64,000 nucleotides of DNA from Acidimicrobiia bacterium (GTDB lineage Bacteria; Actinomycetota; Acidimicrobiia; Spongiisociales; UBA5794): the NCBI GenBank assembly GCA_036985855.1, contig BTQL01000004.1, positions 6,372 through 70,371 of the forward strand, in the 5' to 3' direction. Shown in pieces: positions 29,159-38,467 of the stretch. How positions within the stretch are numbered: position 1 is the stretch's first letter; each line of letters opens with the position of its first letter. The notes under the pieces were generated by a model that had not been told where the DNA came from, made no database searches, and saw nothing but the letters and a program-made list of their open reading frames with translations. The translations under genes and the position numbers were made by a program.

Positions 29159-30941
29159 ACCCGCCGAGGGCACCCTCCCAGATCGCACGGAACGTCGCTG
29201 AAGTCTGGCTGAGATCCTTGGCCTTTCCGACGGCGACAATGCGTCCTCTGTCCATCACTATGACGCGGTTTGCTTGGGCCAGGGCAGCGTGACGATGTGA
29301 TACAACGAGCGCTGCAACGTCGACCCTGGCCTCAAAGAGGCGTCGCCACAGTGTCCGCTCTGTCTCGACATCGAGCGCAGATGACACATCGTCGAGTACA
29401 AGGAGTTGTGGACCGCGGGTGAGCATTCGGACCGCAGCAGACCGTTGGACCTGTCCGCCGGACAGTCGAACTCCCCGCGGGCCGATAAACGTTTCGAGAC
29501 CCTCGGGCATCTGCTCGATATCGCGTCGCATCGTGGCGATCCGAATCGACTCATCGAGCTGGCCGTCGGCGAGGTCTGCACCGAGCACGAGGTTGTCCAC
29601 CAGCGACATCGAGAAAAGCCTCGGCACCTGTGGCGTGTACGCCACGCGCGGAGGGACGAGCCATGTCGAGGGATCGGCAACCGTCTCACCGTTCCAGTAG
29701 ATCGTGCCTGCGTCCGCAGGAAGAAGACCCAGAACAGTTCGCATCAGTGTCGTCTTGCCCGATCCGATGCGACCGGTCACGACAACGAACTCTCCTGCAG
29801 CGATGTCAAAATCGATGTCTTCTATGCCATTCGTCGAATCCTGGTAGTGGAACGAAAGAGAACGTACAGAGAGAGACTCGAAGGAATCCACCTCAATCGG
29901 TCGGGGAATCGGTGTTGGCGCGTTCTGGTCGAGGCCCAGGTTGGTCCGACGGATCAGTCTGTCCCACGGGTCACCCGACAGTGCCGCCGTGAGTCGTTCC
30001 ATACTGACGCTGCCCTGTTTCGCTCTAGCAATGAACACCCCGTAGAAATAGGCCGAATCGGTCACCACACCGAGTAAGTAGACGAACAGAGCGAACTCAC
30101 CAAGTGACATGCCTGCGGACCCGGTTGCGTTGAGTCTTCCTGCTGCGAGCAGAAGAATGAGGCCTGTGCCGAGGTTTACCGTGTTGCGGAACACAGCCTC
30201 GAGAACCGATGTGAGCGTCCGGTCACGCACCATCATCGTCTTGCGCAGGTCGTTGAGTTCCACGAAGTGGCCGAGCATGTGGGATTCGGCGCCGGCGACC
30301 TTTACAGACTGTGTCGCCGCAAAGGTCTCTCCGAGGAAGCCCGTGATCGCCTCGGTCGTTTCGCGAGCGCGTCTCCGGTACCGACGAACGAGACCTCCGG
30401 TGCGGTTCGACACGACACCGACAACGATCACGGGTACCGCGATCACGAGTGTTGTCGTAGGGTCGATCGTCCACATGATCGCGAACGAAATGGATCCGGC
30501 GGCAAGCGAACCGGCGAAATCGACGAACAGATCGAACGGCTCGATCACGTGTTCGATGTCGTCCCTGAACCTGCTGACGACCTCACCGGGTGTTTCGGAG
30601 AGACCGATGGCGCCGGGCAATTCGTAGATACGGACCAGCAGGTTTCGTCGCATCGCAGCGGCCGCTCTGAACAGCAGTGATGCGTGATTCCGCATAGCCA
30701 GGACGATGAAGATCGAGCGCATCGCTGCGTATCCGAACACTGCGGCCACGAGCAGCGTGACCGTTGTGACGGGGATGCCCTCGACGAGTGCGTCGAAATA
30801 GCGAGCTGTAACGAGCCCGATGAGTATGGGCATCGTCCAGATGCCCATCCACAGGAACAATGCGAAACCGTATCGGATCGGTTGTCTCCGCATCATCCCG
30901 AGCAGGACACGTCCGAAAGCAGGTGTCGGTTGGGTCGTCAT
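29145..30941 (-). CDS. ABC exporter, fused permease + ATPase (heterodimer partner B)
   Basis: Six-TM domain, then Walker A (GRIGSGKTT), ABC signature (LSGGQ) and Walker B. Confidence 0.85.
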   Translation of the reverse strand: MTTQPTPAFGRVLLGMMRRQPIRYGFALFLWMGIWTMPILIGLVTARYFDALVEGIPVTTVTLLVAAVFGYAAMRSIFIVLAMRNHASLLFRAAAAMRRNLLVRIYELPGAIGLSETPGEVVSRFRDDIEHVIEPFDLFVDFAGSLAAGSISFAIMWTIDPTTTLVIAVPVIVVGVVSNRTGGLVRRYRRRARETTEAITGFLGETFAATQSVKVAGAESHMLGHFVELNDLRKTMMVRDRTLTSVLEAVFRNTVNLGTGLILLLAAGRLNATGSAGMSLGEFALFVYLLGVVTDSAYFYGVFIARAKQGSVSMERLTAALSGDPWDRLIRRTNLGLDQNAPTPIPRPIEVDSFESLSVRSLSFHYQDSTNGIEDIDFDIAAGEFVVVTGRIGSGKTTLMRTVLGLLPADAGTIYWNGETVADPSTWLVPPRVAYTPQVPRLFSMSLVDNLVLGADLADGQLDESIRIATMRRDIEQMPEGLETFIGPRGVRLSGGQVQRSAAVRMLTRGPQLLVLDDVSSALDVETERTLWRRLFEARVDVAALVVSHRHAALAQANRVIVMDRGRIVAVGKAKDLSQTSATFRAIWEGALGGSNHG

Positions 30942-32746
30942 GCGAGCGCCTCCTCCATGCCCGCCACGAGCAGCCGTGAGAACGTCGAATCCGGGTCGTT
31001 CTCGAGACGGCTCCGCTCTCCCTGTTCGATGACCTTGCCGTCCTCGAGTATCACGATTTCGTCTGCCCGCGCGACCGTCGCGAGCCTATGTGCGATGAGG
31101 ATCGCCGTTCGATTCTCGAGGAGGTGTTCGACCGCTCGATCGATGAGGGCTTCCGTGGCCGGATCAAGCCTCGAGGATGCCTCGTCGAGCACCACGACCC
31201 CTGGGTCGCGCAGGAACACCCTGGTGAACGCAAGAAGCTGTGCCTGACCCGCCGAGAGACCGCTGCTCCCCGACTCGAGCATCGTGTCGAGGCCTGCGGG
31301 AAGGGAATCGAGCCATTCGTCGAGCTCGAGCCTGTGAATGACGTCGCTCAGCTTTTCATCGCTGACAGACCGATCGAAGAACGTCAAGTTGTCGCGTACT
31401 GTTGCACGGAAGAGCTGCACATCTTGGGTGACCATTGCCACTCGATGGCGTAGGTCAGCCATGTTGATGTCCCAGGTCGCAGTCTCGCCGAGGAGCACGG
31501 CACCAGCCTGTGGTTCGTACATCCGGGTGAGCAGTCGAGCGATCGTCGACTTTCCGGATCCGGTGCGCCCGAGCAATCCGACGATACGGCCGGGTGCTAC
31601 ATCGAATGACACATCGTCGAGGATCGTTTCGTTCCCTGCCTCATCGTCGTATCTGAAGGTGACCCGGTCGAACCTCACACGGAGCGGCCCATCTGGGAGC
31701 TCGTGTTCTCTTCGCTGGATCAGGGAGGATTCACGGGCGAGAAGCTCTTCGACTCGCTCGATCGACGCACCGGCCTTCTGCAGATCGATGAGCTCTTCGC
31801 GGATCTGCTCGATTGGCCTATGTGCCATCTCGACATACTGGAATAGGAGGTAGACCGACCCAAGGGTCAGCGTACCGATCCCGAAGAGCCATGCACCGGT
31901 GATCAACACAACAGCGAGCGACACGAAGTACAGCGCCATCGATGCGCTCCACATCACGGCCCAGCCGGTCCATCCTCGGACGATCTGGGGCAGCCACTTA
32001 CGCTGAATGGCGTCGAATCGAGACAACATGAATCCTGTGGCACCGTTGGCCTCGATGTCTTCGGTGCCATCCATCTGCTCTCCGATGAACCCGTACATCT
32101 CAGCACTGGTCGCTCGGATTGTCTTGTGCCAAGGCACGGTGATTCCGTGCAGCCTAAAGAGACCGAGGAACGTGAGGGAAGTGAACACCGTGATGGAGAG
32201 CCCGATGATCCATGACTCCCTCCAAAGAAGGGCCATGATGCCCACCAGCAGCACACCGTTTCCAACGACCTTGATCATCATCGAAGAGAAGAAGTTCGAC
32301 AAAGCCGTTATGTCACCATCGATCCGCTCGATGAGTTCACCAGGACTCGAGCTCTTGTGGAACCCCATGTCGAGGTGGAGCACATGATCTGTGAGGTCTG
32401 CGCGCAATTGATTCGTGGCCGACCACCCGATCTGTTCAGCGAGATAGGTCGACCAGACAGCGAGCAACTGATGCACGATGGCGATCCCCATGAACATGAG
32501 TGCGATGGGGATGAGAGCTGACGTCGGTTCCCCTGATGTCGCTCGATCGATGAACAGCGCTATCAGCTGCGGGTTGACAAGCTGCAGTGCGATCGTCGCG
32601 AGCAGGATGAGACCGAGCAGCATCGCCTTTGAGCGGTGCGGCCGGAGGTATCCGGTGAAGAGTCTGAAGTATGCGCGTACGGGGATCATGGGTGGTCCTT
32701 GAAGGATCGAGGGCGAGCCAGGGGTCACGAACGGCCAAGCCGTCAC
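30938..32746 (-). CDS. ABC exporter, fused permease + ATPase (heterodimer partner A)
   Basis: Same architecture (GRTGSGKST, LSAGQAQ). There is a 4-nt overlap with the downstream partner. Confidence 0.85.
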   Translation of the reverse strand: MTAWPFVTPGSPSILQGPPMIPVRAYFRLFTGYLRPHRSKAMLLGLILLATIALQLVNPQLIALFIDRATSGEPTSALIPIALMFMGIAIVHQLLAVWSTYLAEQIGWSATNQLRADLTDHVLHLDMGFHKSSSPGELIERIDGDITALSNFFSSMMIKVVGNGVLLVGIMALLWRESWIIGLSITVFTSLTFLGLFRLHGITVPWHKTIRATSAEMYGFIGEQMDGTEDIEANGATGFMLSRFDAIQRKWLPQIVRGWTGWAVMWSASMALYFVSLAVVLITGAWLFGIGTLTLGSVYLLFQYVEMAHRPIEQIREELIDLQKAGASIERVEELLARESSLIQRREHELPDGPLRVRFDRVTFRYDDEAGNETILDDVSFDVAPGRIVGLLGRTGSGKSTIARLLTRMYEPQAGAVLLGETATWDINMADLRHRVAMVTQDVQLFRATVRDNLTFFDRSVSDEKLSDVIHRLELDEWLDSLPAGLDTMLESGSSGLSAGQAQLLAFTRVFLRDPGVVVLDEASSRLDPATEALIDRAVEHLLENRTAILIAHRLATVARADEIVILEDGKVIEQGERSRLENDPDSTFSRLLVAGMEEALA

Positions 32747-32963
32747 CTTGGTGGGTCTCGAGAGTGGGGAGAAGGCTGGTGTTACAGAGCTCTCTGGCGC
32801 GCGAGAGCCGGTGATGATGGATTTGGCACTTGCTGCCTTCTCATCGACCCTCCTTGATCGCTAACCCGGTCCCCAAAGACCGGTTGGCGCCATGCTCGCG
32901 GAGGGTCAACCAGATGTCAAGCTTGGACACGCATCAGCTGTCGGGGAAGAGGCAGTCGCGGCG

Positions 32964-33776
32964 TTAGGAGAGCAGGTGTACGACGATCAGCGAGCCGATC
33001 ATCGCGACGGAGTTCGTGCCGATGTGGGCGAGCACCGCGGCATAGGTGCTGTTCGCGTAGAGGCGGATCCAGAGGAACCCGAGACCAGCGATGAATGTTC
33101 CGGCAATGGCTCCAGTGAGGGCGATCACGAGGCCGATTGCACCCATGAAGAGGTCACCACCAGGATTCGTGTCGAGCGTGTCCAGCGTTGGGAGAATGTG
33201 CCAGAGACCGAACAGTACCGAGGTCATGAGCCCGGCGATCAGGGGTGATCGGCGCCGTATGAGCATCCCGAATACGATGCCCCTGAATAGCACCTCTTCA
33301 TAGAGTGCGGTCGCGAGCGGAACGCGAACGAACGCTTGGAACAGAACCCAGCCGACCGAGTTATCGATGATACGGTCGTCTCTGAACAGTTCACGTGTGG
33401 CCGGAATAGCGATACCAATCGCGACTCCAACCGCGATGATTCCGATCACGATGGTGCCAACCGAGACGCCCTGTTTCGCGCGGTCGGTCCGCAGGCCCAT
33501 CGTCGTCCATGTGGTCCCTGCCCTGCGCGCAACGAGGAGAGCTACGCCGAGGATCCCCAGGTTGAATGGAATGTGCCAAACATCGTCGAGGATCTCGTTG
33601 GTGACGATGTTTGCGTATCCGGCAAGTGCAAGGATTGCGAGAAGATGGAAGATGTGCGTGTCATGCGGCCGGGGCGGCTTGTTGAGCCAGAAGGATGGAC
33701 GCCACATCTGCTCCCAGTCGGCCAGTGGCCAGGACCAAGCCTGTTCGTGTCCGGTCGCTCTGAGATCCTTGCCCAT
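32964..33776 (-). CDS. CPBP-family (CAAX/Abi) intramembrane metalloprotease
   Basis: Motifs EEVLFRG.. and FGLWH. The track ORF N-terminus (to 33899) is a translation of repeat copy 1; the real start is M at about 33776. Confidence 0.75.
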   Translation of the reverse strand: MGKDLRATGHEQAWSWPLADWEQMWRPSFWLNKPPRPHDTHIFHLLAILALAGYANIVTNEILDDVWHIPFNLGILGVALLVARRAGTTWTTMGLRTDRAKQGVSVGTIVIGIIAVGVAIGIAIPATRELFRDDRIIDNSVGWVLFQAFVRVPLATALYEEVLFRGIVFGMLIRRRSPLIAGLMTSVLFGLWHILPTLDTLDTNPGGDLFMGAIGLVIALTGAIAGTFIAGLGFLWIRLYANSTYAAVLAHIGTNSVAMIGSLIVVHLLS

Positions 33777-33818
33777 TCGACCAGAGTACCGAACACGGAG
33801 CCCACACCGAGACTTGTG

Positions 33819-33868
33819 TACCCAGGGTTCGAGACCGCAGTGAGTCCGGTCTACAGCCCAGAGAACGG
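33819..33868 (-). repeat. Structured interspersed repeat, copy 1 (forms a near-perfect 50-bp inverted repeat with copy 2)
   Basis: Reverse complement = CCGTTCTCTGGGCTGTAGACCGGACTCACTGCGGTCTCGAACCCTGGGTAC. It matches copy 2 at 49 of 50 positions. Internal hairpin AGACCG-n9-CGGTCT. Confidence 0.85.
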
Positions 33869-33930
33869 ATGAGTCGTTGTTCCGTGGTGCCATCGGCACG
33901 GGCCTATGGTTTGGGGTCTACGCTTAACCC

Positions 33931-34509
33931 GTGCCCATCTTGCATGGATTCAAGCAGACGGTGCTCGACCTCGGTCGGGGCGAAGCCAAGACCAAGGCGC
34001 GTCCACTCACTGTTGACGACGAGACACTCGACCGGTCCGCGGCTGGTCTTGATCGCAGAGATTCCGAACGTGCGGTCCTGTTCTGGTTGCTGTCTGACCG
34101 AGCTCTATTCTATGTCGTTGGCTGTGATCCGGTCGATCACACGTACCGAATCCCATACGAGGCGTTCGCAGAAATCAGCCTCGATTATGACGAGAACGAG
34201 GAGTTCCTGCCCTGGTACACGCGGATTTCGATCTCCCCGATCGGTGCCGGGGCGATCACCCGACTTGAGCCAGGAGCGATTCCGGGACAGCCACTCGGCG
34301 TCCTGCCGCCCGTGCCCGTAGACGGTGCTGAGAGGGCCCGTTTGGCCCGAGGTGAGGCCGTACCGCTCGCTGGCTTCGGAACTTGTCCCAAGCGATTCCG
34401 AAGCGCTCTGGAACGGCGGATGGAATTGGCAGGTGTTCCACTTTCGGTCACCGGTGCCGAAGCGGCCGAGCGCAAGAGTCGTGCTGTGAGACGCAAGGTC
34501 TCCGGCTAG
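33931..34509 (+). CDS. Hypothetical protein (192 aa), no recognisable domain
   Basis: It is the only ORF between inverted repeat copies 1 and 2. Coding-like GC3 bias. No motif recognised. Confidence 0.4.
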   Translation: MPILHGFKQTVLDLGRGEAKTKARPLTVDDETLDRSAAGLDRRDSERAVLFWLLSDRALFYVVGCDPVDHTYRIPYEAFAEISLDYDENEEFLPWYTRISISPIGAGAITRLEPGAIPGQPLGVLPPVPVDGAERARLARGEAVPLAGFGTCPKRFRSALERRMELAGVPLSVTGAEAAERKSRAVRRKVSG

Positions 34510-34535
34510 GGGAGCGTTGCGCCCTGCGCGCGAAT

Positions 34536-34585
34536 CCATTCTCTGGGCTGTAGACCGGACTCACTGCGGTCTCGAACCCTGGGTA
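34536..34585 (+). repeat. Structured interspersed repeat, copy 2
   Basis: CCATTCTCTGGGCTGTAGACCGGACTCACTGCGGTCTCGAACCCTGGGTAC. It lies 27 nt after the 33931..34509 stop and 17 nt after the stop of the minus-strand gene 34602..35246. Confidence 0.85.
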
Positions 34586-34601
34586 CGCGGTCGTGGATCG
34601 A

Positions 34602-35246
34602 CTACTCGAGCTTTTCGATGTTGTGGCTACCGCAATCCCGGCACCGCATGGGAGCGTGCTCTTCGGCGGTACCGACCCGCAGACTTGTGCCGCAGGCCTT
34701 GCAGAAGTTCGCGTTGCGGTAGTGAGTGGTACCGCACGATGGGCAATCTGCCCAGTCGGTGGTCGTTGCGTCGATGCCACGATCGTCCGATTCGGGCGCG
34801 TCGCCCGGAGGAGGAGGTGTGTACGACCAGAAGCTCTCTTCGTTGTCCACGGTCGCCGGTGCGAAGGGCGGATCCGGTTCGGTTTCTGGTGAGATCGATC
34901 TTGCATGGGTGGTCTCGGGTATGGCGCGTCCATGCGGATCGAGCGTGAAGAGAGCAATGCCCTGGGTTTCGGCGATCGAGAGCGCTCCTGGCGAGAATCC
35001 GGATGGCGAGAAAAGCAGGAGTTTCTTGCCGGCTTCCGCTGCGCGCAACAAGGCGAGTACCGAAGACTGCTCCACTGGTCCGTCGCTGGACCTGACTCGA
35101 ACGAACGCCTTCTCTGTGTGGAGTTCAACGGATCCGTGGGCAGGCTCCGTGATGTCCACCGGCGGATCCCCCGCGTGGTCGAGCCACAGGAATGTCGCTT
35201 GATAGGCCTCGTCGAGTGATAGCTGACTGTGTTTCGGGATGCCCAT
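34602..35246 (-). CDS. Restriction-endonuclease-fold (Mrr-cat/PD-(D/E)xK-like) protein with C-terminal double zinc ribbon
   Basis: The N-terminal ~110 aa follow the Mrr_cat pattern (GDPPVD...VELHTEKAFVRVRSSDGPVEQSSV..LLLFSPSGFSPGALSIAE). A Pro-rich linker follows, then CPSCG..CKACG and CRDCG cysteine pairs. Confidence 0.55.
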   Translation of the reverse strand: MGIPKHSQLSLDEAYQATFLWLDHAGDPPVDITEPAHGSVELHTEKAFVRVRSSDGPVEQSSVLALLRAAEAGKKLLLFSPSGFSPGALSIAETQGIALFTLDPHGRAIPETTHARSISPETEPDPPFAPATVDNEESFWSYTPPPPGDAPESDDRGIDATTTDWADCPSCGTTHYRNANFCKACGTSLRVGTAEEHAPMRCRDCGSHNIEKLE

Positions 35247-35259
35247 ACGTGAATGAAGC

Positions 35260-36159
35260 TTACCCGACGGGCCACCCTCGCTCGAAGGCGATCGAGTGGT
35301 GCCAGTCGGCGAGAAGAGTTCGGAGTGCCGCGACGAATGCCAAGGGTTGGTCGAGCGTCAGATGGTGATGAGCCTCGGGTATCTCGATGACAGGCGAGAC
35401 CCGTCCCATGAGCTCGTACATGTATGCGGCTGTGTCGGGTGGTACGACAACAGACTTTTCACCCGTGAACAGAGCGACTCGGCACTTCACGGACGCCAGC
35501 TGATCACGGAGGGTGTCATGCGTCCGCTCGAAGATATTCGGATCGAATTTCCAGGTCCACCCTTCGTCGGTCTCGTGCACCGACATCCGGGCTATGTAGT
35601 CGATGATGTAATCGTTCTCACATGGCTGGCGCGGCACCAGCGCGAAGTGAGACACCGCCTGTTCCAGAGTTGCATATGTGCCGGGCGTTCTGAAAACGTG
35701 ACTTGATCGGCTTTCCTCGGATTCTGGAGCGGGCTGGCTGACGGGCGCATCAACGATGACGGCCCCTTTCAGTCTCCCTCCGAACGTCGCTGCTGTTTGA
35801 ATCGTGACCATGCCCCCGAGGCTGTGTCCGACGACTACTGGGGGTCCTGGGAACTCGGCGTCTTCTGCTACGGCCATGACCTCGCGGGCCCACACCTCGT
35901 GAGAATATGAATCGCGTCTGTCTGAGTCGCCCATGCCAGAGAGGTGGATCGCAACGGCGTGCCACTCGCTCACGAAGAGCGGCGCGATGAACGACCACCA
36001 GTGGGCGTGCGCCGCACCACCGTGCACGAACACGAGTCCGGGATTCTTCCGGTCGCCCCACGACAGATATCGGATGGTGGCGCCCTCAACGATGACTGCC
36101 CGGTCCTCCGGCTCGTGCGAAATCGCAGTATCGAACCACGTCGGAGCCAAGCTACTCAC
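35260..36159 (-). CDS. Alpha/beta-hydrolase fold protein
   Basis: HGG motif (VFVHGGAAHAH) and the nucleophile elbow GHSLGG. It lies 13 nt upstream of the REase-like gene on the same strand. Confidence 0.75.
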   Translation of the reverse strand: MSSLAPTWFDTAISHEPEDRAVIVEGATIRYLSWGDRKNPGLVFVHGGAAHAHWWSFIAPLFVSEWHAVAIHLSGMGDSDRRDSYSHEVWAREVMAVAEDAEFPGPPVVVGHSLGGMVTIQTAATFGGRLKGAVIVDAPVSQPAPESEESRSSHVFRTPGTYATLEQAVSHFALVPRQPCENDYIIDYIARMSVHETDEGWTWKFDPNIFERTHDTLRDQLASVKCRVALFTGEKSVVVPPDTAAYMYELMGRVSPVIEIPEAHHHLTLDQPLAFVAALRTLLADWHHSIAFERGWPVG

Positions 36160-37855
36160 CGGTCCGCACTTCCTCGGACAGCACGAACCATCTCAGATCC
36201 TCGAATGATGCGGTTGCTTCCACAGGCGGTTGCGCGGGCCCCATCTTCGGGTCGATCGACTCGAACAGAGTTCGCGCCTCTTCGAGATACCGGGCGAGCT
36301 CGGTTTCGGGAGCGTGAGCCGGGCAGGCCTCGTACCGCATCGTGCCGTCGCTGTAGTCGACATTGACCAAGGAGAACGGTGGATCACCTCGCCCATCCAC
36401 GTGCACCCACTCGGCGGTGTGTGTGTCGAACTGATACCACGGAAGCAGCTTCCAACCGTGCGTAGCCACGAGGTTGACGGCTTCGGTGATGAAGTCGAAG
36501 ACAGTCTCTGAGATGAAGTAGTTGAAACTGACCCGAACCCAACCGGGCTTGATCCCCTCACAGCCGAGTCCGACTTCGTGGCTGATCTCGGCGGAGTGCT
36601 CGTCGTCGATTCCCAGCAGCGAGTGACCATAGGGACCGGCACACGAACAGCCACCTCTTGACTGGATTCCGAACAGATCATTGAGGACGGCAACGATGAA
36701 GTTGTGATGGAGATACTGTCCCTTGTGCTTGACAACGAACGACACGATCGAGAGGCGATCAGCGTCAGGATTGCCGAGGATTTCGATTGCCGGATTCTGG
36801 CTCCAAGACGAAATCGCTCTCTTGATGAAGCCCTCTTCGAGGACTCGGATACGCGATGGACCCACCGCTTCCTTGAGTTGGAAGACGAGTCCAGCTCGAA
36901 TCGAACCGACAATCGCCGGTGTGCCACCCTCCTCCCGATGCTCGACGTCTGCTATGTACTCGTGCGAATCGATGCGAACGAATGAAACGGTGCCCCCTCC
37001 GGGTACCGCAGGCACCGCATTCCTGAACAGTTCCTTGCGAGCGACGAGCAATCCGGGTGTGCTCGGACCACCGATCAGCTTGTGGATCGAGATGAAGACA
37101 GCGTCCTTGTATGCCTCTGGTGCATCTCGTGGTTGCACGTCCATCGAAACGTATGGAGCCGCTGCTGCGAAGTCCCAGAACGATAATGCTCCATATCGGT
37201 GGAGTAGGGCAGCGATTCCCTCCGTGTCGGACAGGATCCCTGTGACGTTCGATGCCGCCGAGAACGAACCGATCTTCACCGATCGGTCCCGATACTTGAT
37301 GAGTTCTCGTTCGAGTTGCGCTTTGTCGATGAGGCCGTCGCTGTCCTCGCCGATCTTGACGACATCGGCGATCGACTCGCGCCATGGAAGCTCATTCGAG
37401 TGGTGTTCGAACGGTCCGATGAATACGACGGGCCGCTCATCGGGCGGTATCGCGTCGGAGAGCTGGAACTGTGAGTCGAGCGTGTCCGGTATCGATAGGC
37501 CAAGAACACGGATCATCCGGTCGATCGCACCCGTGCAGCCGCTACCAACGAATATGACGGCGTATTCGTCCGAGGCGTTGAGGCAACGCCGAATTATCTC
37601 ACGCGCATCCTCGCGGAACCCGGACGTCTGGAGTCCGGTTCCTGAGGCCTCTGTGTGGGTATTCGCGTAGAGGGGGAGGACGACATCTCTGATGTAGTCC
37701 TCGATGAAAGTCAGCGATCTTCCTGAAGCGGTGTAGTCGGCATAGGTCACACGACGAGGCCCGTACGGTCCGGACACGACATTGTCCCCCCCGATTACAG
37801 ACGCCCGTACGGTTTCGATGATGTCCATGAGTGGAGGGTAGACGGTAGACAGCAA
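36152..37855 (-). CDS. Class-V aminotransferase-fold PLP enzyme (cysteine desulfurase-like) with C-terminal extension
   Basis: PLP-lysine region 'ISIHKLIGGPSTPGLLV' and a NifS/IscS-like fold. At 567 aa it is longer than canonical desulfurases. Confidence 0.75.
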   Translation of the reverse strand: MLSTVYPPLMDIIETVRASVIGGDNVVSGPYGPRRVTYADYTASGRSLTFIEDYIRDVVLPLYANTHTEASGTGLQTSGFREDAREIIRRCLNASDEYAVIFVGSGCTGAIDRMIRVLGLSIPDTLDSQFQLSDAIPPDERPVVFIGPFEHHSNELPWRESIADVVKIGEDSDGLIDKAQLERELIKYRDRSVKIGSFSAASNVTGILSDTEGIAALLHRYGALSFWDFAAAAPYVSMDVQPRDAPEAYKDAVFISIHKLIGGPSTPGLLVARKELFRNAVPAVPGGGTVSFVRIDSHEYIADVEHREEGGTPAIVGSIRAGLVFQLKEAVGPSRIRVLEEGFIKRAISSWSQNPAIEILGNPDADRLSIVSFVVKHKGQYLHHNFIVAVLNDLFGIQSRGGCSCAGPYGHSLLGIDDEHSAEISHEVGLGCEGIKPGWVRVSFNYFISETVFDFITEAVNLVATHGWKLLPWYQFDTHTAEWVHVDGRGDPPFSLVNVDYSDGTMRYEACPAHAPETELARYLEEARTLFESIDPKMGPAQPPVEATASFEDLRWFVLSEEVRTGE

Positions 37856-37885
37856 GCAGTAGACAGCGTGGGAACTCGTTGCCGT

Positions 37886-38467
37886 CTATAGAGCTATCGC
37901 TCCTTCGCTGAGTAGCAGCTCCTTCTTCATTTCGGGGCCGAAGGCGTAGCTGCCTACTGAGCCGTCCGAGCGCACAACGCGGTGACATGGGATGAGAAAC
38001 GGGATCGGGTTCTTGGCGAGTGCCGTACCAACCGCTCGTGTTGCTCCCGGTTTGTGGAGTTCCTCTGCTATCCAGCCATAAGGGCGCACTGTTCCGTTCG
38101 AGATGGTCGCACAGGTTCTGAGTACGGACTGCTGGAAGCTCGAAAGGCCGCGCAAGTCGAATGACAGGCCCATCGACCGGCCGCTTTCCAACGCCTCTTC
38201 GATCTCGGACTTGAGCAGCTTCGGTATCACATCGGCCTCATAGGCAACCCGCCTGTGGTGATCGACGAACTCATCCACGGTCTTGTCAACGAAGAGAGGG
38301 GTCAGTCCCGTGATCCCGGTCCGGCTCCATGCGATCCACACCGGTCCACGGGAGCTATCGACTTTGGCAACGAGATCCCCTGCGTCTGCGCCGACAACCG
38401 TCGCACGTTCGAGATCGGCGGGCGGTGATTCGGCAAGTCCCGCGAGTGCCTGTTCGATGTAGTTCAT
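37886..38467 (-). CDS. ogt: Methylated-DNA-protein-cysteine methyltransferase (Ogt/MGMT)
   Basis: Active-site PCHRVV and a DNA-binding HTH region (RAVGTALAKNPIPFLIPCHRVVRSDGSVGSYAFG). The start overlaps the ECF sigma factor stop (ATGA). Confidence 0.8.
   Translation of the reverse strand: MNYIEQALAGLAESPPADLERATVVGADAGDLVAKVDSSRGPVWIAWSRTGITGLTPLFVDKTVDEFVDHHRRVAYEADVIPKLLKSEIEEALESGRSMGLSFDLRGLSSFQQSVLRTCATISNGTVRPYGWIAEELHKPGATRAVGTALAKNPIPFLIPCHRVVRSDGSVGSYAFGPEMKKELLLSEGAIAL

Noticed and set aside
33819-34585. tRNA-like origin (att site) for the 50-bp repeat because of the GGTTCGAG segment
   Set aside because: No acceptor or T-arm pairing can be drawn. The conserved structure is a single 6-bp/9-nt hairpin. 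No integrase and no tRNA gene are nearby.
34517-34948. ORF 34517..34948 (+) and the N-terminal 40 aa of track ORF 32964..33899 (-), both containing 'WAVDRTHCGLEPWV'
   Set aside because: The shared peptide is just the translation of repeat copies 2 and 1. These are not genes, and the CPBP gene start was moved to 33776.
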